A DNA stretch of 64,000 nt from Octopus bimaculoides (lineage: Eukaryota): the NCBI RefSeq assembly GCF_001194135.2, contig NC_068990.1:92812965-92876964 (forward strand), in the 5' to 3' direction. Below the pieces are notes generated by a model, which was not told the origin of the DNA, ran no database searches, and saw only the letters and a program-made list of their open reading frames with translations. Every line of letters starts with the position of its first letter. Position 1 is the stretch's first letter. A program made the position numbers and the translations under genes. Positions 41,782 to 52,023 of this stretch are shown here, one piece after another.

Positions 41782-44700
41782 GATGGGTTTCTTTCAGTTT
41801 CCACCTAACAAGTTCCCTCAGAAGGCTTTGGCTGGCCCAGAGCTACAGTAGAAGAGACTTGACCAAGGTGCTATGCAGAGGGACTGAACCTGGAACTATG
41901 CGGTTAGTAAGCAAACTTCTTACCACACAGCCATGCCTGCACCTACATGTGTGTGTGTGTGTAACAGCACACAAAGTGTGGGTCATCAACCTGCATTAAT
42001 CACATCCCTGCACTTTGCACATGATGCAGTCTCTCACCATTACTGATCAAATGGTTCAGTAAGGTCCTCAGATCTGCTTATGCACATCAATGATGGTTTC
42101 TCTGATGGCATGGAAAAGATGATCAATCTCCACTGCTTAAAAGAAGTAGAAGTCAGAACAGGTTTTCCATAGGTGAAGGATCATTACCACTTTGTCTCAC
42201 CCATGACTGCTCTTCAGTCAACAACCACTTCTTGCTATAACAGTACAATAGTATATATAACCCTCTGCTCAGGATATTATATCTAACAACAATAAACAAT
42301 ATATCTAACCTCTACTCACTATGTAGCCTTACAAACAATTCACTGTTTTATGCGAACAAATATTGCTGTCCAACAAACTAGGTAGTTATAGGTTCTAATT
42401 TTACTGTAGAATTGGGTTTTTTTATATCAAAGTACTTAACAGTTTTCCTCGGTCTGCCTGACTGAGAACATACTTTACTCTAGGTGACATGGAGATGATT
42501 AAATTTGCAAAACTAAACCAACCTAAGCTAACAGAATAAAGTAAATGCTACATAAATAAACTAAATGTGCACTGGTGCACTAATATGCAAATGAAAACGT
42601 GTCTTACCTTGCTTCCAATACACGCATGATCTCACAAACGTTGACCTGGAATTGCTCTCTGTGATGACGTTTTATCTCAATGGCATGTTCCACATAGACT
42701 CTAATGACGCACCTGTAAAGGGAAACAATACTTTAAATTAAAAGAACAACTTATAAAAAGATCAAACAAATAAGAGTTCCAATCATTTCTCTATCATTTT
42801 AAGGTTTCAAAGAACAAAACTAGTTAACAGCTTCTAAAAATTCATGAAATTTCTTTCATTCAAAGCAAAGCAGTCTCTCTCTTGTCTTGATTCACCCAGC
42901 TTTGCAGCTCAATCTTAGATGGCAATGCCACCACCAACCCATGCACCTTCCAATGATGATAGGTACTAAGTTAATCTAGTTTTGTCTCAAACTAGATTAA
43001 CCTGTTACCTATCAGTGTCAGACCACAGTAATCCATTTACTTCATCTGACCATCAATATTTGGTTGGAACAAAAGTTCATGCTATTTTATAAGTAAAATT
43101 CAAAAACAAAATTTAGATATTTGTACATATAGGAGCAGGAGTGGCCGTATGGTAAGTAGCTTGCTTCCCAACCACATGGTTCCAGGTTCAGGCCCACTGC
43201 GTGGCACCTTGGGCAAGTGTCTTCTACTATAACCTCGGGTTGATCAAAGCCTTGTGAGTGGATTTGGTAGATGGAAACTGAAAGAAGCACGTTGTATATA
43301 TATATATGTATATATTTGTGTTAGTCCCCCCAACATCGCTTGACAACCGATGTTGGTGTGTTTATGTCCCCCATAACTTAGCAGTTCAGCAAAAGAGACC
43401 GATAGAATAAGTACTAGGCTTACAAAGAATAAGTCCTGGAGTCGATTTGATCAACTAAAAGTGATGCTCCAGCATGGCCACAGTCAAATAAAAGAATACA
43501 TTTATTCAACCACATATGTCCCATTTTGTTCCACTACCTTTTACCACTTTTGAGGCAGCTTCAAGATTCCATGCTCCTCGAACTTTGTATCTGCCTGGAT
43601 CACGAACTAGTCCAAGTGGTTTCTGCAGCCTTCCAAAGAATTGCAGCTCTTCTTAGAAGAATTTTATAAATAATAATCTGAAGGTGCAAGGTTAGGAGAG
43701 CGTGGTGGGTATAAGACATTGCAGCCAAGCAGTATCAATTTCTGCTGAGTCTGCAAGGAAACATGGAGTCAAGTGTTGTCCTGAAGGAAGATGACACACT
43801 TCCAATTGGTCAATTCTGGACGTTCAATCGAACTAAATGTGAACAATAAGTGTCTGAATTTAATGTTTGATTTCTGCAGAAATCCCATCAAATATAGAGG
43901 ATTACCTTCTGCAGGTACTGACTGACGTTTGGAGAGTAAAGGTGGTTCATTTTGTTGTCTCCAAGACCCTTTCTATTCCACATTGTAAACAATCTAGTGT
44001 TCATCACCTGTGATTGTTCTTTTCAAAAATGGGCTGTTTTTGTTGCATTTCAGCAAAGAATCACAGATGGAAATGTGGTCCATTAAATTACGAGGTCCTC
44101 AAGTACCATAGCAATTCTTGTATCCAAGTATTTTTAAATGTTTTATAACACTAATGAGACTATTACACACACACACACACAAAATGCATGTCAATCAAAA
44201 CCACTTCAATAAACACACATATGTACATATATATATATATATACATGCACATGGAACATATACTCACAATGCAACTTCACTGGATGTTGACGAGTTCAAG
44301 GGGAGATAACGCAGGATATCAGTAAGAACACTCTTAAATGGAGTGCTTAGTGCAGAAATACTTCCATCAGAACTTTCTGCAGAACTGGACATTTTAAGGC
44401 AGTTTGATAATGCTTTTGGCACCAAGTTCTGGAATAATGCCATCAGGAAGTTATCAAGTTTGTAATCTTTGCCAATTTTCTCAAGAACTGGTACCAATTG
44501 CTGATAATTGACCAAATATCTACAAACCCTGAAAGTAAGCACAGTTTCAACATCATTAAATATTATGGATTGGCTGGTTTTAAACAGGAAGATGTCAAGG
44601 GAAAATAACTGTGATAACATAAAAATGCTAGTATTATGTCAAAGGAAGAAAAAAAGGGCAACAAAAGATCATCTCAAAGTTTTATTAGAATCATGTCACT

Positions 44701-46655
44701 GGAGACTTGAAACTTAAGCCATGCTCTAATGAAGCATACTGGTTTCATTTCTTCCTAATCTTCTCTGAGTTCAAGGTTCATGTCTCATTACCATGCAAAC
44801 ACAATCTGCCTTTCATTCTAAGGGAACAGAACTTTGTTGTCAGCAGCAGTAGTAGCCCCCTGGACTTCCTCCAACCTACTCTTACTCTCAGAGCAACCAC
44901 CTCCCTTGTTAGTTACCCCACCAAGTAACAAAAACCATCAAGGCGTTCAAGGGAGGCTACTCCTGGTGTTTTAGAATCACATGCTGCCCCAGTGAATCTA
45001 TCATATATGAAGCTTATGACCGTTGCTAGTCTGTTTGTGTCTCCATAATTTACATTGGATACAACATATGAAATTTATATTCCCTACATAACTGTCCAAC
45101 CCATGCCAGCAAGGAGAGTGGATGTAAAATGATGATGATGATGAGGCATGTTATGACTAGTGAAGGGTTTGGGAGGGGACACAGTAAGTGCGAAGATTAG
45201 GATTGTGGGGAGGAGGTATGCAGGTAGCGACTCTGATAAGAAGATCCTATTGATATAGGACCAGAAGGTTCCACAGTAATTTCAGATTCGAAACAATGCA
45301 GGATGTGGAGTGTACAGTGTAGCCATTGGTGTCTTCTTGGTCATCTTACAGGTAGTGTGGTGGATCATAATGTCTCCCAAGATATTCTAAGTAATGTTTT
45401 TTTTTTGCCTGTGCAGTTGTAGGTTCTGGAATTTGGCAAGGAACATGAAGGGACACATGTAGGACAGTTACTCATCATGTTTTCGATGTATCTATACTAT
45501 TTGATTAGATTGTCATGTACAATAGTACTTATACAGACAATTTACTTAATTAAATCTAAACTTAAACTAAATGCTGAACACTTTAAAAGAAAACATTTCA
45601 ATTAATTATTTACATTATTTACATTTGACGGATATTTTTCCTCATCTTGTTTGTTGTTAACAACGTTTCGGCTGATATACCCTCCAGCCTTCTTCAGGTG
45701 TCTTGCGGAAATTTTGGACCTGGGTTCTCATTCCTCAGGTATTTTTCGATGTTATTATTATTATTACACAGGTCATTGCCTGGAATCAAACTCAGAATCT
45801 TGGGGTTAGTAGCCTGTGCTCTTAACCACTACGCCATATGACAGATATTTGTCCTCATCTTGTTTGTTGTTAACACAACATTTCGGCTGATATACCCTCC
45901 AGCCTTCATATTGGAGAAATTTCGAACCTGGGTTCTCATTCCTAAGGTATTTTTCAATGTTATTATTATTATTATTATAGAACTGTATTTCAATTAATTG
46001 TTTCAAATTTTAGTGCTGCAATAACATTTAAGATCCTAAAAATTGAGAAACTTAAACTGATTCTAAAAACATTAAATTTTAAATGAAGAGAAAAAAAAAT
46101 TCTATACCTTTTTTTCAATCTTCTCAAAGTTTGAGTTTGGAACAATAGTACCAGACAACACATGGCTTCTTCAAAAATGGCCTTTGTCTTCATTGTAAAC
46201 TGGAGGAGGAGAACAAGAAGTAACAATTTAAGAGAAGATCTAAAAACTGATTTACAGACATATCTTACTCTGCATATATACACACAAAACCATAAAGATG
46301 TATTATTTAAATCAGTAAAAAAAGGGTACATATGGCCCCTAGTACTAAGGTGAGATTTGGTGTTAACCTTCTCTCACCCCCTTGTCTTTTCTTGCTGAAT
46401 ATGAAATTACTAGGATTGGATTCTCAGTCCCTTCGCTCCTGCCTCTTACGCCACGCAGGGAATACCATGACTGCATTCTACCGACCCCAATCCAATAGTT
46501 GCAGGTGGGGTTTGCTAGTTAATCCATAGCTGGGACCCTTACAGGTGCTACCACTCTGGGCCAGAGTAGACCAGGGAGCAATAGTGGATAAGAGGTGGTT
46601 CCACACCCCCAGGGTCCCACTACTGGATGTAGTTTAGAGTCATACCCAGGACTAG

Positions 46656-46688
<33 letters not shown>

Positions 46689-49600
46689 TAAAAGTGGAAA
46701 ATTACATTACATAATGCAACAGCAATAAATACATCCTTATACGAGATCATACATATAAATATAATAACATAATCAACAGTTACATTTCAATGCACATTCA
46801 CACATAAGAACATTTATATTACATAATACAGCCAAACATACAATAACTTAACATAGCAAGTACAAGCAGGAGTCTTTAGATAACAGCCAACAAGGCATCA
46901 CACTCAAGTATTTTCATATCAGCCATTGCTTCTTTTCTTTCTTAATTAACCAGGATCTACAATTCTTTTCAATCTGTTAATATGTTTAGTAGTAAAAACA
47001 ATAATTATTTACATTTGACGGATATTTGTCCTCATCTTGTTTGTTGTTAACATGTTTCGGCTGATATATCCTCTAGCCTTCATCAGGTGTCTTGGGGAAA
47101 TTTTGAACTTGGGTTCTCATTCCGAAGGTATTTTTCAATGTTATTATTATTATTATTATTAATCATGTCACTGCCTGGAATCTTTGGGTTAGTAGCCCGT
47201 GCTCTTAACCACCTTAGGAATAAAAACCCAGGTTCGAAATTTACCCAACACACCTGATGAAGGCTGGAGGGTATATCAGCCGAAACATTGTGTTAACAAC
47301 AAACAAGATGAGGACAAATATCCATGAAAAGTAAATAATTCCCCATCTCTTAAATATAGAACTGAACAACAATAATGTCCAACATTCCATTTGAAATTTG
47401 TAAGCTTTCTTGAAATAGCTTCCTTCGATTGGAACTAAGAAAATGGTTATAACAGCAAGAAGATAACAAGGGAGAAAGTAAAAGAGTCAACTTACTTTAA
47501 CAATGGTGTAAATCAAAGATTCCAAGATAGGTTGAGTGAGCTTAGAACGGACAAATATTATAGATATGATCATTAAGGAACCGGCTTTGTAGTCAGTAAA
47601 ACCTGAACGCAATCCCTCATCAAGGAATGGTAAAACTTGTCCAATAACAGTCTCGGAAATCTCCTTCTGGTCAAGGATACCACAAATGACTTGGGTGTAG
47701 AATGCAAATATATGGCGTAACTGAGGTTCTGAGGATGGTGACTTTGAAAATTCCTGCAGAAGAATATAAATGACTTAGATTTGTGAAATTAATACCATAA
47801 CAATGATTTGTAACATAAGTCAAAGGTTACAGATGGGATAGTGGTGGTGGGGAGGTTAGTTAATTAGATAAACCTTAATGGTTGGTAGCACTTACTGACT
47901 CCAGCAAGAATTGAACTCAGAATAAATTTCATTCATTTGTATCACATTTGGAATACAACAGCCAATCATTAGTTCAGTGTAGCTCAGCAAGAAATAAGGG
48001 AGTGTCTGTAACTCAGTGCAGAAGAAAATGTAACTTATTTTTTTTGTTTTTATACCAGTGTTTGTTCACCAAAATACATTGCCAAAAGCTAAATACTGAT
48101 ATAAGTTGATGCTTCTGCCTTTCAGATCCAACTCTAATGATTCTGTCAGCTCACTACTTTAGTAATGGCTTCAGATATAAGCATATATTGTTGTTGTCAC
48201 CTCTGTCAACAAATCATCCACTGAGTATCTTTGAAGCTGTGTGGAATAAGGGGACCTTTACTTGAAAAACATGTAAGGGCTAGCGAAAGCAAGAGCATCT
48301 GGCTGTCAAACAATGCCCAGATAATATATTTGTTTAGCCCATGCTGTCATGGAAAAACAAATGTAAAACTAAATGAAGGACACAGACTTGATGAAGTAGA
48401 TCTGAAGAAGTGAAGGTTGTTATTGGTTCTCAAAGAACAACAATAACAACCATCACCTCACCAAACATTGGAATTAACATCAACACATAACTATAATCAT
48501 GTGATCTCAATACAAAACTATTCACATCAGACAAACAGGGAAGGTTGGTTGTTTCTCATTAGACAATCGTTAATTACAACAGCAATAGAGTCTCAGTATA
48601 GGTATTAGTCTAAAATAAATGCTTAAAGCTAAATGTGAGGATACAGTAGCAACAGGAGAGATACTTTACCTGAACATAGTCAGACACCATATTCTGTATA
48701 AAAGATAAAAGACTTAGATCACTGAGGCAGTGGTTGATCACAGTCTGACGAGAAAGATGGATGCCATTTTTCTGAAAAATAAAATATTACAGGAAAAATA
48801 TAACAAAAACTATATTCTATGTGTATGTAATCACACACACACACACACACACGTGTGTGAACTAAGACATTTTTCTGTAAATGTTTAGGTGGAATTAAGA
48901 AAGAAATAATGATAAAAAAATACTTACTTGTACACCTGATAACCAACCCCATTTCTTATCATTCTTAGCAAGACTAAAGAGACGCACAACTTGGACAAAC
49001 AGTTTATCCTCATGGTAAGGCAGGACAGACAGCAGCAATTCATTGACATTATAATAATTTATGTTGAACCTTGAAGTAAACAAACAGAATATGTTATAAA
49101 ATATTATTACACAGTACAGAAGATATCTAAATCTAATACACTATGATACAGAATGCTATTTCATGGTATGTTTGATAACTAAATCTAACACTAATATATA
49201 AAATGTTATTATATAGTTAAGTCTGATGATATCTAACATTATATTAATATCCATTTTCCCATCCTTGCATGGGTCAGACAGAAAACACAGAGGTAGATTT
49301 TCCATGAGCAGAGGCTCTCCCTGACCCCAACCCTCACCTGTTTCTGCAGAAAGTAATATTTCCCCATGATCAGACATGCTTTCAACAAAGACTGGAAATG
49401 AATGACACTGCTTGTACAACTATTATGCAATACAAGGGGTTTCCTTTCAGTTTCTACAGTTCAAACATTTTATCACTAGCATTTGTACAATGCAGAGGAC
49501 ATTTCTGGTTCCAAGTCCAGCTTGCCTCCTGTCTCGGTGGACAATACCAAAGTCTGCAAGCTTGAAGAAACAGGGTCAACAGTGAAGAAGTTCATATTTA

Positions 49601-50466
49601 AACTGTTACACAGCACCTCATACAGTTCACTCCTCTCTGTTGAAATATGAAGAACAGTCCTCAGGAGTTTAGAGACATTGTATAGCCAGAGCAATAGGTT
49701 TGTGGGTCACACTTTGCCATTTGTTAATCTATGGATATGCCACAGGGACCGTTGGATCAAAGCTGACCTGGGCTAAACAACAATAACAAATACCACCATA
49801 TAAAGTTTGGGGGTCACCGTTTTAGTGGGGCTAACAAATGACTAGAAGTCTAAGCACAGATTTACAAGAATAATTGCAAGACATTTACCGTTGTATAAGC
49901 CATTCCAGTGCCTTGTGAGCAGGTTTCAGTAGAAAATAAGGAGACAAACGGAGCAGGAATCGCTTAATGATGGCATCTAGTTTTTTATTAATCTCTGTAC
50001 TTTGTACTGATCTGTTGAACAGAACTGATGTTTCAGAAAATAGTTCCAAATGGAATTTGGAAAATTCTTTATCAAACTGCTCCAGTTCTTGTAAACCATT
50101 GATTCCTGTCAAATAAAAAGTAGAAATTTAACTTTTCACTAACAATTTCACATGACAAAATTAAATACTGTCAAACATTCAGACTTTGAAAAGAAGTATT
50201 ACAGACAAATTAACAGGCAGAAATGGTTAACTTATCAAATTTTTTCCCCACTCAACAAAGCAAAAAACAAGTTTCAACTCAAAACTCACACATTACAATA
50301 ATGATAAATTTATTAAATTACCGATTTCATAAAAAGTCTGTTTGTCTAAACGAGCAGCTTCATCTCTGTCAAATAATAAAGATGCTTTTTTCTTTTTTTC
50401 CTGAATTTGGATGATTTTAGTTTCAGGAATACGTAGTCTTTCCAACTGGCGTTGTAACGATGTCAT
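8106..50466 (-). CDS. HEATR1: HEAT repeat-containing protein 1 (UTP10/BAP28), t-UTP/SSU processome component; complete CDS, 44 coding exons, 2114 aa
   Basis: Exons in transcript order: 50322-50466, 49889-50105, 48928-49069, 48670-48771, 47496-47753, 46108-46199, 44268-44519, 42608-42712, 41121-41343, 40365-40457, 40111-40193, 38790-38968, 38205-38287, 37251-37421, 36910-37060, 35767-35918, 34900-35083, 33541-33719, 32051-32230, 30633-30872, 29348-29479, 28114-28208, 27646-27786, 26940-27046, 25819-25940, 25429-25557, 24640-24885, 23531-23684, 23092-23258, 22051-22218, 21516-21650, 20127-20297, 18723-18907, 18231-18330, 17094-17161, 16656-16740, 15083-15217, 14434-14547, 11606-11676, 10982-11082, 9940-10076, 9115-9267, 8295-8403, 8106-8194. 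All are GT-AG, phases match and the sum is 6345 nt. Diagnostic peptides: MTSLQRQLERLRIP, LSPYFLLKPAHKALEWLI, QTHHHALLLL, VFVDAFPHIPAHRRIMLF, LLPETVPFLAELMED, LGEPLQKYF*. A few acceptor choices could shift by some codons. Confidence 0.96.
15549..15802. mobile_element. Second piggyBac-type MITE with its left end duplicated
   Basis: TTAA|CCCTTT ... AAGGG|TTAA, with a 46-bp tandem duplication at 15534-15625. Confidence 0.6.
17460..17760 (-). mobile_element. Degraded RTE ORF2 fragment
   Basis: The minus strand reads ..SMLHWMCNVS..RSRNEMRERLSIRKI.., typical of the RTE post-RT region; interrupted. Confidence 0.5.
19802..19962. repeat. 23-bp minisatellite x7
   Basis: Consensus TACTGCACCAGCAGCAATGCAGT, contiguous units with no spacers. 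Confidence 0.9.
20851..20935. repeat. Compound microsatellite (GT)n(AT)n
   Basis: Seen directly. Other (TA)n/(CA)n runs occur at about 11210, 30351, 31099, 38383 and 41737, poly-A at 23267 and 46659, and a GA-rich tract at 53038-53106. Confidence 0.95.
20936..21360 (-). mobile_element. RTE/BovB-type LINE 3' end encoding tandem C2H2 zinc fingers, followed by a (TA)n(CA)n tail
   Basis: CSICARPC.., CQVCRRECNSAGGLK-HAKVH and CQFCARHCRSLAGLKSHV*SQH, then a short 3' end GAGGGGGCAGCCATC and a microsatellite. Frame disruptions are present. Confidence 0.65.
23797..24011. mobile_element. piggyBac-type MITE (215 bp)
   Basis: TTAA|CCCTTT ... AAAGGG|TTAA (TTAA at 23793-23796 and 24012-24015). Related internal sequence at about 10545-10700, 12740-12870, 13500-13820, 21840-22000 and 32330-32460. 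Confidence 0.7.
26166..26734 (+). mobile_element. RTE-clade LINE 3' end: ORF2 C-terminus plus about 400-nt 3' UTR and (GAT)n tail; reference copy of the window's most common repeat
   Basis: Translates VEGIRGRGRPRKTWDEVMKHDLQMLSL/TKAMTKDRDL*RYAV (RTE ORF2 end, with one frameshift and one stop), then the tail ..GTCAAACCGTCCAACCCATGCCAGCATGGAAAACGGACGTTAAA(GAT)n. Truncated copies, approximate: 118-330(-), 3961-4286(-), 4834-5160(-), 10179-10420(-), 11139-11208(-), 13845-14096(+), 20560-20660(-), 22564-22730(-), 23330-23480(+), 24998-25195(-), 28440-28635(+), 29853-30000(-), 31910-31980(+), 33876-34230(-), 40715-41110(+), 45085-45145(+), 50590-51075(-), 51255-51440(+), 58670-58770(+), 59340-59760(+), 60800-60975(+), 62080-62265(+), 63000-63150(+), 63792-64000(-). 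Confidence 0.8.
31373..31473. repeat. 101-nt hairpin with a perfect 19-bp outer stem
   Basis: TAATTCTTCATCAGTTATC (31373-31391) / GATAACTGATGAAGAATTA (31455-31473); the inner arms also pair. Confidence 0.85.
33040..33255 (+). mobile_element. tRNA-derived SINE with a conserved central block (GCCTTTCATCCYTTYGGGGTCGATAAA..AGTACCAG)
   Basis: Head AGGCAGTGAGCTGGCAGAA..GAGTTCAAATTCC. Other copies, approximate: 9630-9790(+), 12890-13100(-), 24125-24480(+, two), 34683-34856(-), 36110-36235(+), 36255-36442(-), 57460-57610. The superfamily name (Meta-/Nin-type) needs a library check. Confidence 0.75.
33876..34230 (-). mobile_element. 5'-truncated RTE-LINE 3' UTR copy (long)
   Basis: Same tail consensus in reverse orientation. 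Confidence 0.8.
35230..35440 (+). mobile_element. Older dispersed repeat related to the RTE tail (..GCAGATTTTCTAYGGYTGGATGC..TTCATGGAAGATTGGAAA..)
   Basis: Recurrent at about 13100-13255, 14755-14960, 15920-16160, 18040-18190, 27360-27450, 49245-49420, 54420-54590, 56040-56200, 61030-61270 and 63170-63410. Confidence 0.6.
36557..36680. repeat. Imperfect 43-bp inverted repeat with 38-nt loop
   Basis: Arms at 36557-36599 and 36638-36680 differ at 5 positions. Confidence 0.85.
43135..43499 (+). mobile_element. tRNA-derived CORE-type SINE, full-length copy
   Basis: Head GCAGGAGTGGCCGTATGG..GGTTCAGGCCC and CORE-like block CACCTTGGGCAAGTGTCTTC. Other copies, approximate: 13265-13425(-), 37580-37740(+), 38415-38575(+), 39185-39560(+), 41783-41945(-), 55221-55590(+), 60690-60790(+). 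Confidence 0.75.
43500..44100 (-). mobile_element. Mariner (Tc1/mariner) transposase remnant
   Basis: The minus strand gives ..VIFLQDNT*LHV.. and ..LGCNVLYPPRSPNLAPSDYYL, the decayed (H)DNARPH and YSPDLAPSDY motifs; many stops. Confidence 0.8.
45608..45838 (-). mobile_element. tRNA-headed SINE-like element carrying a minimal hammerhead-ribozyme core
   Basis: The minus strand has A box TGGCGTAGTGG, B box GAGTTTGATTCC, an (AAT)n linker, then GACAC-CTGAAGA-A-GGCTG(GAGGGTATAT)CAGCC-GAAA-CGTT. Related copies: 45842-45975(-), 47005-47212(-), 47213-47365(+) and a tail remnant at 8442-8525. Confidence 0.75.
47005..47365. mobile_element. Inverted pair of the hammerhead-bearing element
   Basis: A minus copy at 47005-47212 abuts a plus copy at 47213-47365. 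CTGATGA lies at 47254-47260 and GAAA at 47282-47285 (+); CTGATGA lies at 47080-47086 (-). Confidence 0.75.
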
Positions 50467-50589
50467 GATTCTTCTAAAAGAGGGAAAATAAAATAATCAA
50501 TAAATAATGCTTTCACTGCAGTGGTGGAAGTTTGATTCTACACTTGAGAAGATTTACCATATTTAATAATAATAATAATAATAATAGTA

Positions 50590-51075
50590 GTTGTTGTTTA
50601 ACGTCCGTTTTCCATGCTGGCATGGGTTGAATGGTTTGACTGAGGTGTGGAGAGCCAGCGGCTGCACCAAGCTCCAATCTGATCTGGCAATGTTTCTAAA
50701 GCTGGATGCCCTTCCTAACGCCAACCACTCCAAGTGTGTAATGGGTGCTTTTTACGTGCCAGTCAGGCAGGCCTGGCATCAATTACATTTGGAGGGTGCT
50801 TTTATGTGCCACTGGCATGGGAGCCAACATGAGGGTACTGGCATCGACCATGTTCGGATGGTGCTTTTTATGTGCCACCAGCACGGGAGCGAGTCAGGGG
50901 GCACTGGCCCCAGCTATGATATCGGTTTTACTCAACAGGTCTTCTCAAGCGTATCATATCGCCCAACGCATCAGGGGTATTCTTAACAAGGCTGGACATG
51001 CCTGGCTGTGATCTCACTTCAGTTGCGGTTCTTCTCAACCACAGCATATCTCAAAAGGTCCCGGTCATGTGTACT
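50590..51075 (-). mobile_element. 5'-truncated RTE-LINE 3' UTR copy with three internal repeat units
   Basis: Tail consensus plus three GGTGCTTTTTAYGTGCCA units. Confidence 0.85.
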
Positions 51076-51464
51076 CATGTACAAGAAATACTATTTTATA
51101 CTTGATTTTAAATGAGAAAACCAGGAGGTGGCTTATTGCATGAGGCAAAGCTATAAACTATGAAGGAAAAAGTTTTGGACTGAGATATGTGGTGCATTGC
51201 TACACTTGAGAAGACTTGCCCACCACAGCAGAATTGAGATCCTAAAATCGAAGTGCCACATAAAAATCACCCAGTACACTTTGTAAAATGGTTGGCATTA
51301 TTAAGGGCATCCAGCCGTAGAAACCAAGCCAAAACAGACTATGGCACCTGTTGCGCCCCCTGGCTTTGCGAATTCCTGTCTAATCATGCAACCCATTCCA
51401 GCATGGAAAATGGACGTTAAATGTGAGCTGGTAATGATGATTTAACAATGAAAGGTGCAACTTA

Positions 51465-52023
51465 GGATCTTTTTTAAAACGGGGGCCACATTTTTCATTA
51501 ACGAAACACTTTGAAACTTGGAACACTGGTAGAATGTGTCATATAAAACATCTTTTTCTCTTAGTCTTCTTAAAAAAAAAGAAATCCATAAATTATTCCA
51601 TGTTAAAGTTGTCGTATTTCTGTAATTTCAACCAATCACTGACGTCCATTCAGCCGATATACATTAAGTGCCGACTACATAAACAAACGATTCTGAAACA
51701 ATTAACCCTAACCCTAACCCAAACCCTACGGTTAGGGTTAGGGTTAGGGTTAAAGCAAATTTAAAATGAAAAAAGCAAATAAAACGAAGAATCGTTTGTT
51801 TATGTAGTCGGCACTTAATGTATATCGGCTGAATGGACGTCAGTGATTGGTTGAAATTATCGAAATAAGACAATTTTTTACATGAAATAAATTCGAATAT
51901 AAAAATATTTTTCTGTTCTATAACACAAAATAGATAAGTATACGAAGTTTGAAAGTCTTTCGGTACCAAAAACACTACGTAAAACATTAATGAAAAATGT
52001 GGCCCCCGTTTTAAAAAAGATCC
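51465..52023. mobile_element. 559-bp foldback MITE, Merlin-like (GG termini, 8-bp TSD), with central telomeric repeats
   Basis: TSD GCAACTTA at 51457-51464 and 52024-52031. Perfect 37-bp TIR GGATCTTTTTTAAAACGGGGGCCACATTTTTCATTAA. Internal perfect 72-bp IR at 51623-51694 / 51788-51859. The centre is (CCCTAA)n..(TTAGGG)n. Confidence 0.85.

Noticed and set aside
45770-45838. Functional tRNA genes (also the heads at 43135, 55221 and 56766)
   Set aside because: A/B boxes are present, but there is no intact acceptor stem, and each continues into a multi-copy SINE body.
8106-50466. Intronic C/D-box snoRNAs
   Set aside because: The many ATGATGA words come from (GAT)n retroposon tails. I found no C/D pair with terminal stem and rRNA complementarity that I can support.
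51702-51753. Ancient telomere-telomere fusion site
   Set aside because: The orientation is (CCCTAA)n then (TTAGGG)n, the reverse of an end-to-end fusion, and it lies inside a TSD-bounded MITE.
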